DNA of 64,000 nucleotides from Phoronis australis (lineage: Eukaryota; Animalia; Phoronida). A model generated the notes under the pieces. That model did no database searches. It was not told the origin of the DNA and saw nothing but the letters and a program-made list of their open reading frames with translations. The position numbers were made by a program, and so were the translations under genes. Below are positions 63,898 to 64,000 of this stretch, in pieces (within the stretch, counting starts at the first letter, position 1; each line of letters starts with the position of its first letter). The stretch lies in the NCBI GenBank assembly GCA_002633005.1, contig NMRA01000662.1, forward strand, positions 71,375-135,374, read 5' to 3'.

Positions 63898-64000
63898 GCA
63901 ACCCTTATATACAATGAATACATTGGACACTGTCCTTAGCAGCAATCCTTATATACAATAAAGACATTGGACACTGTCCTTAGCAGCAACCCTTATATAC
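63898..64000. repeat. 44-bp tandem repeat at the window edge
   Basis: GCAACCCTTATATACAAT..A.ACATTGGACACTGTCCTTAGCA x2+. Confidence 0.8.

Overview
Invertebrate metazoan (bilaterian) genomic DNA from a gapped draft assembly; the species cannot be determined from the sequence. Two spliced genes lie head-to-head around a short shared promoter region (~17.5-18.1 kb). (1) On the - strand is the 5' part of CADPS/CAPS (unc-31): coding exon 1 at 17456-16674 and an 81-nt exon at 2469-2389, with the gene continuing off the left edge. (2) On the + strand is an apparently complete KMT2E/SETD5 (MLL5/UpSET) ortholog. I could chain 22 GT-AG coding exons in frame from ATG 24407 to TGA 62906 (4572 nt, ~1523 aa), containing a DHNY HCF-1 motif, a PHD finger and a degenerate SET domain. 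Introns hold minisatellites, MITEs, a decayed piggyBac transposase and a cluster of Helentron-type non-autonomous elements. The ~150-bp internal monomers of these elements each carry a CTCF-consensus-like motif in the same orientation (~20 copies at 41-45 kb, 5 more at 31.7-32.3 kb); this is the most striking unexplained structure. Three 0.4-0.5 kb tandem duplications split by a single N, one including a KMT2E exon, look like haplotype-overlap assembly artefacts. All homology calls are from recognition, not database searches.
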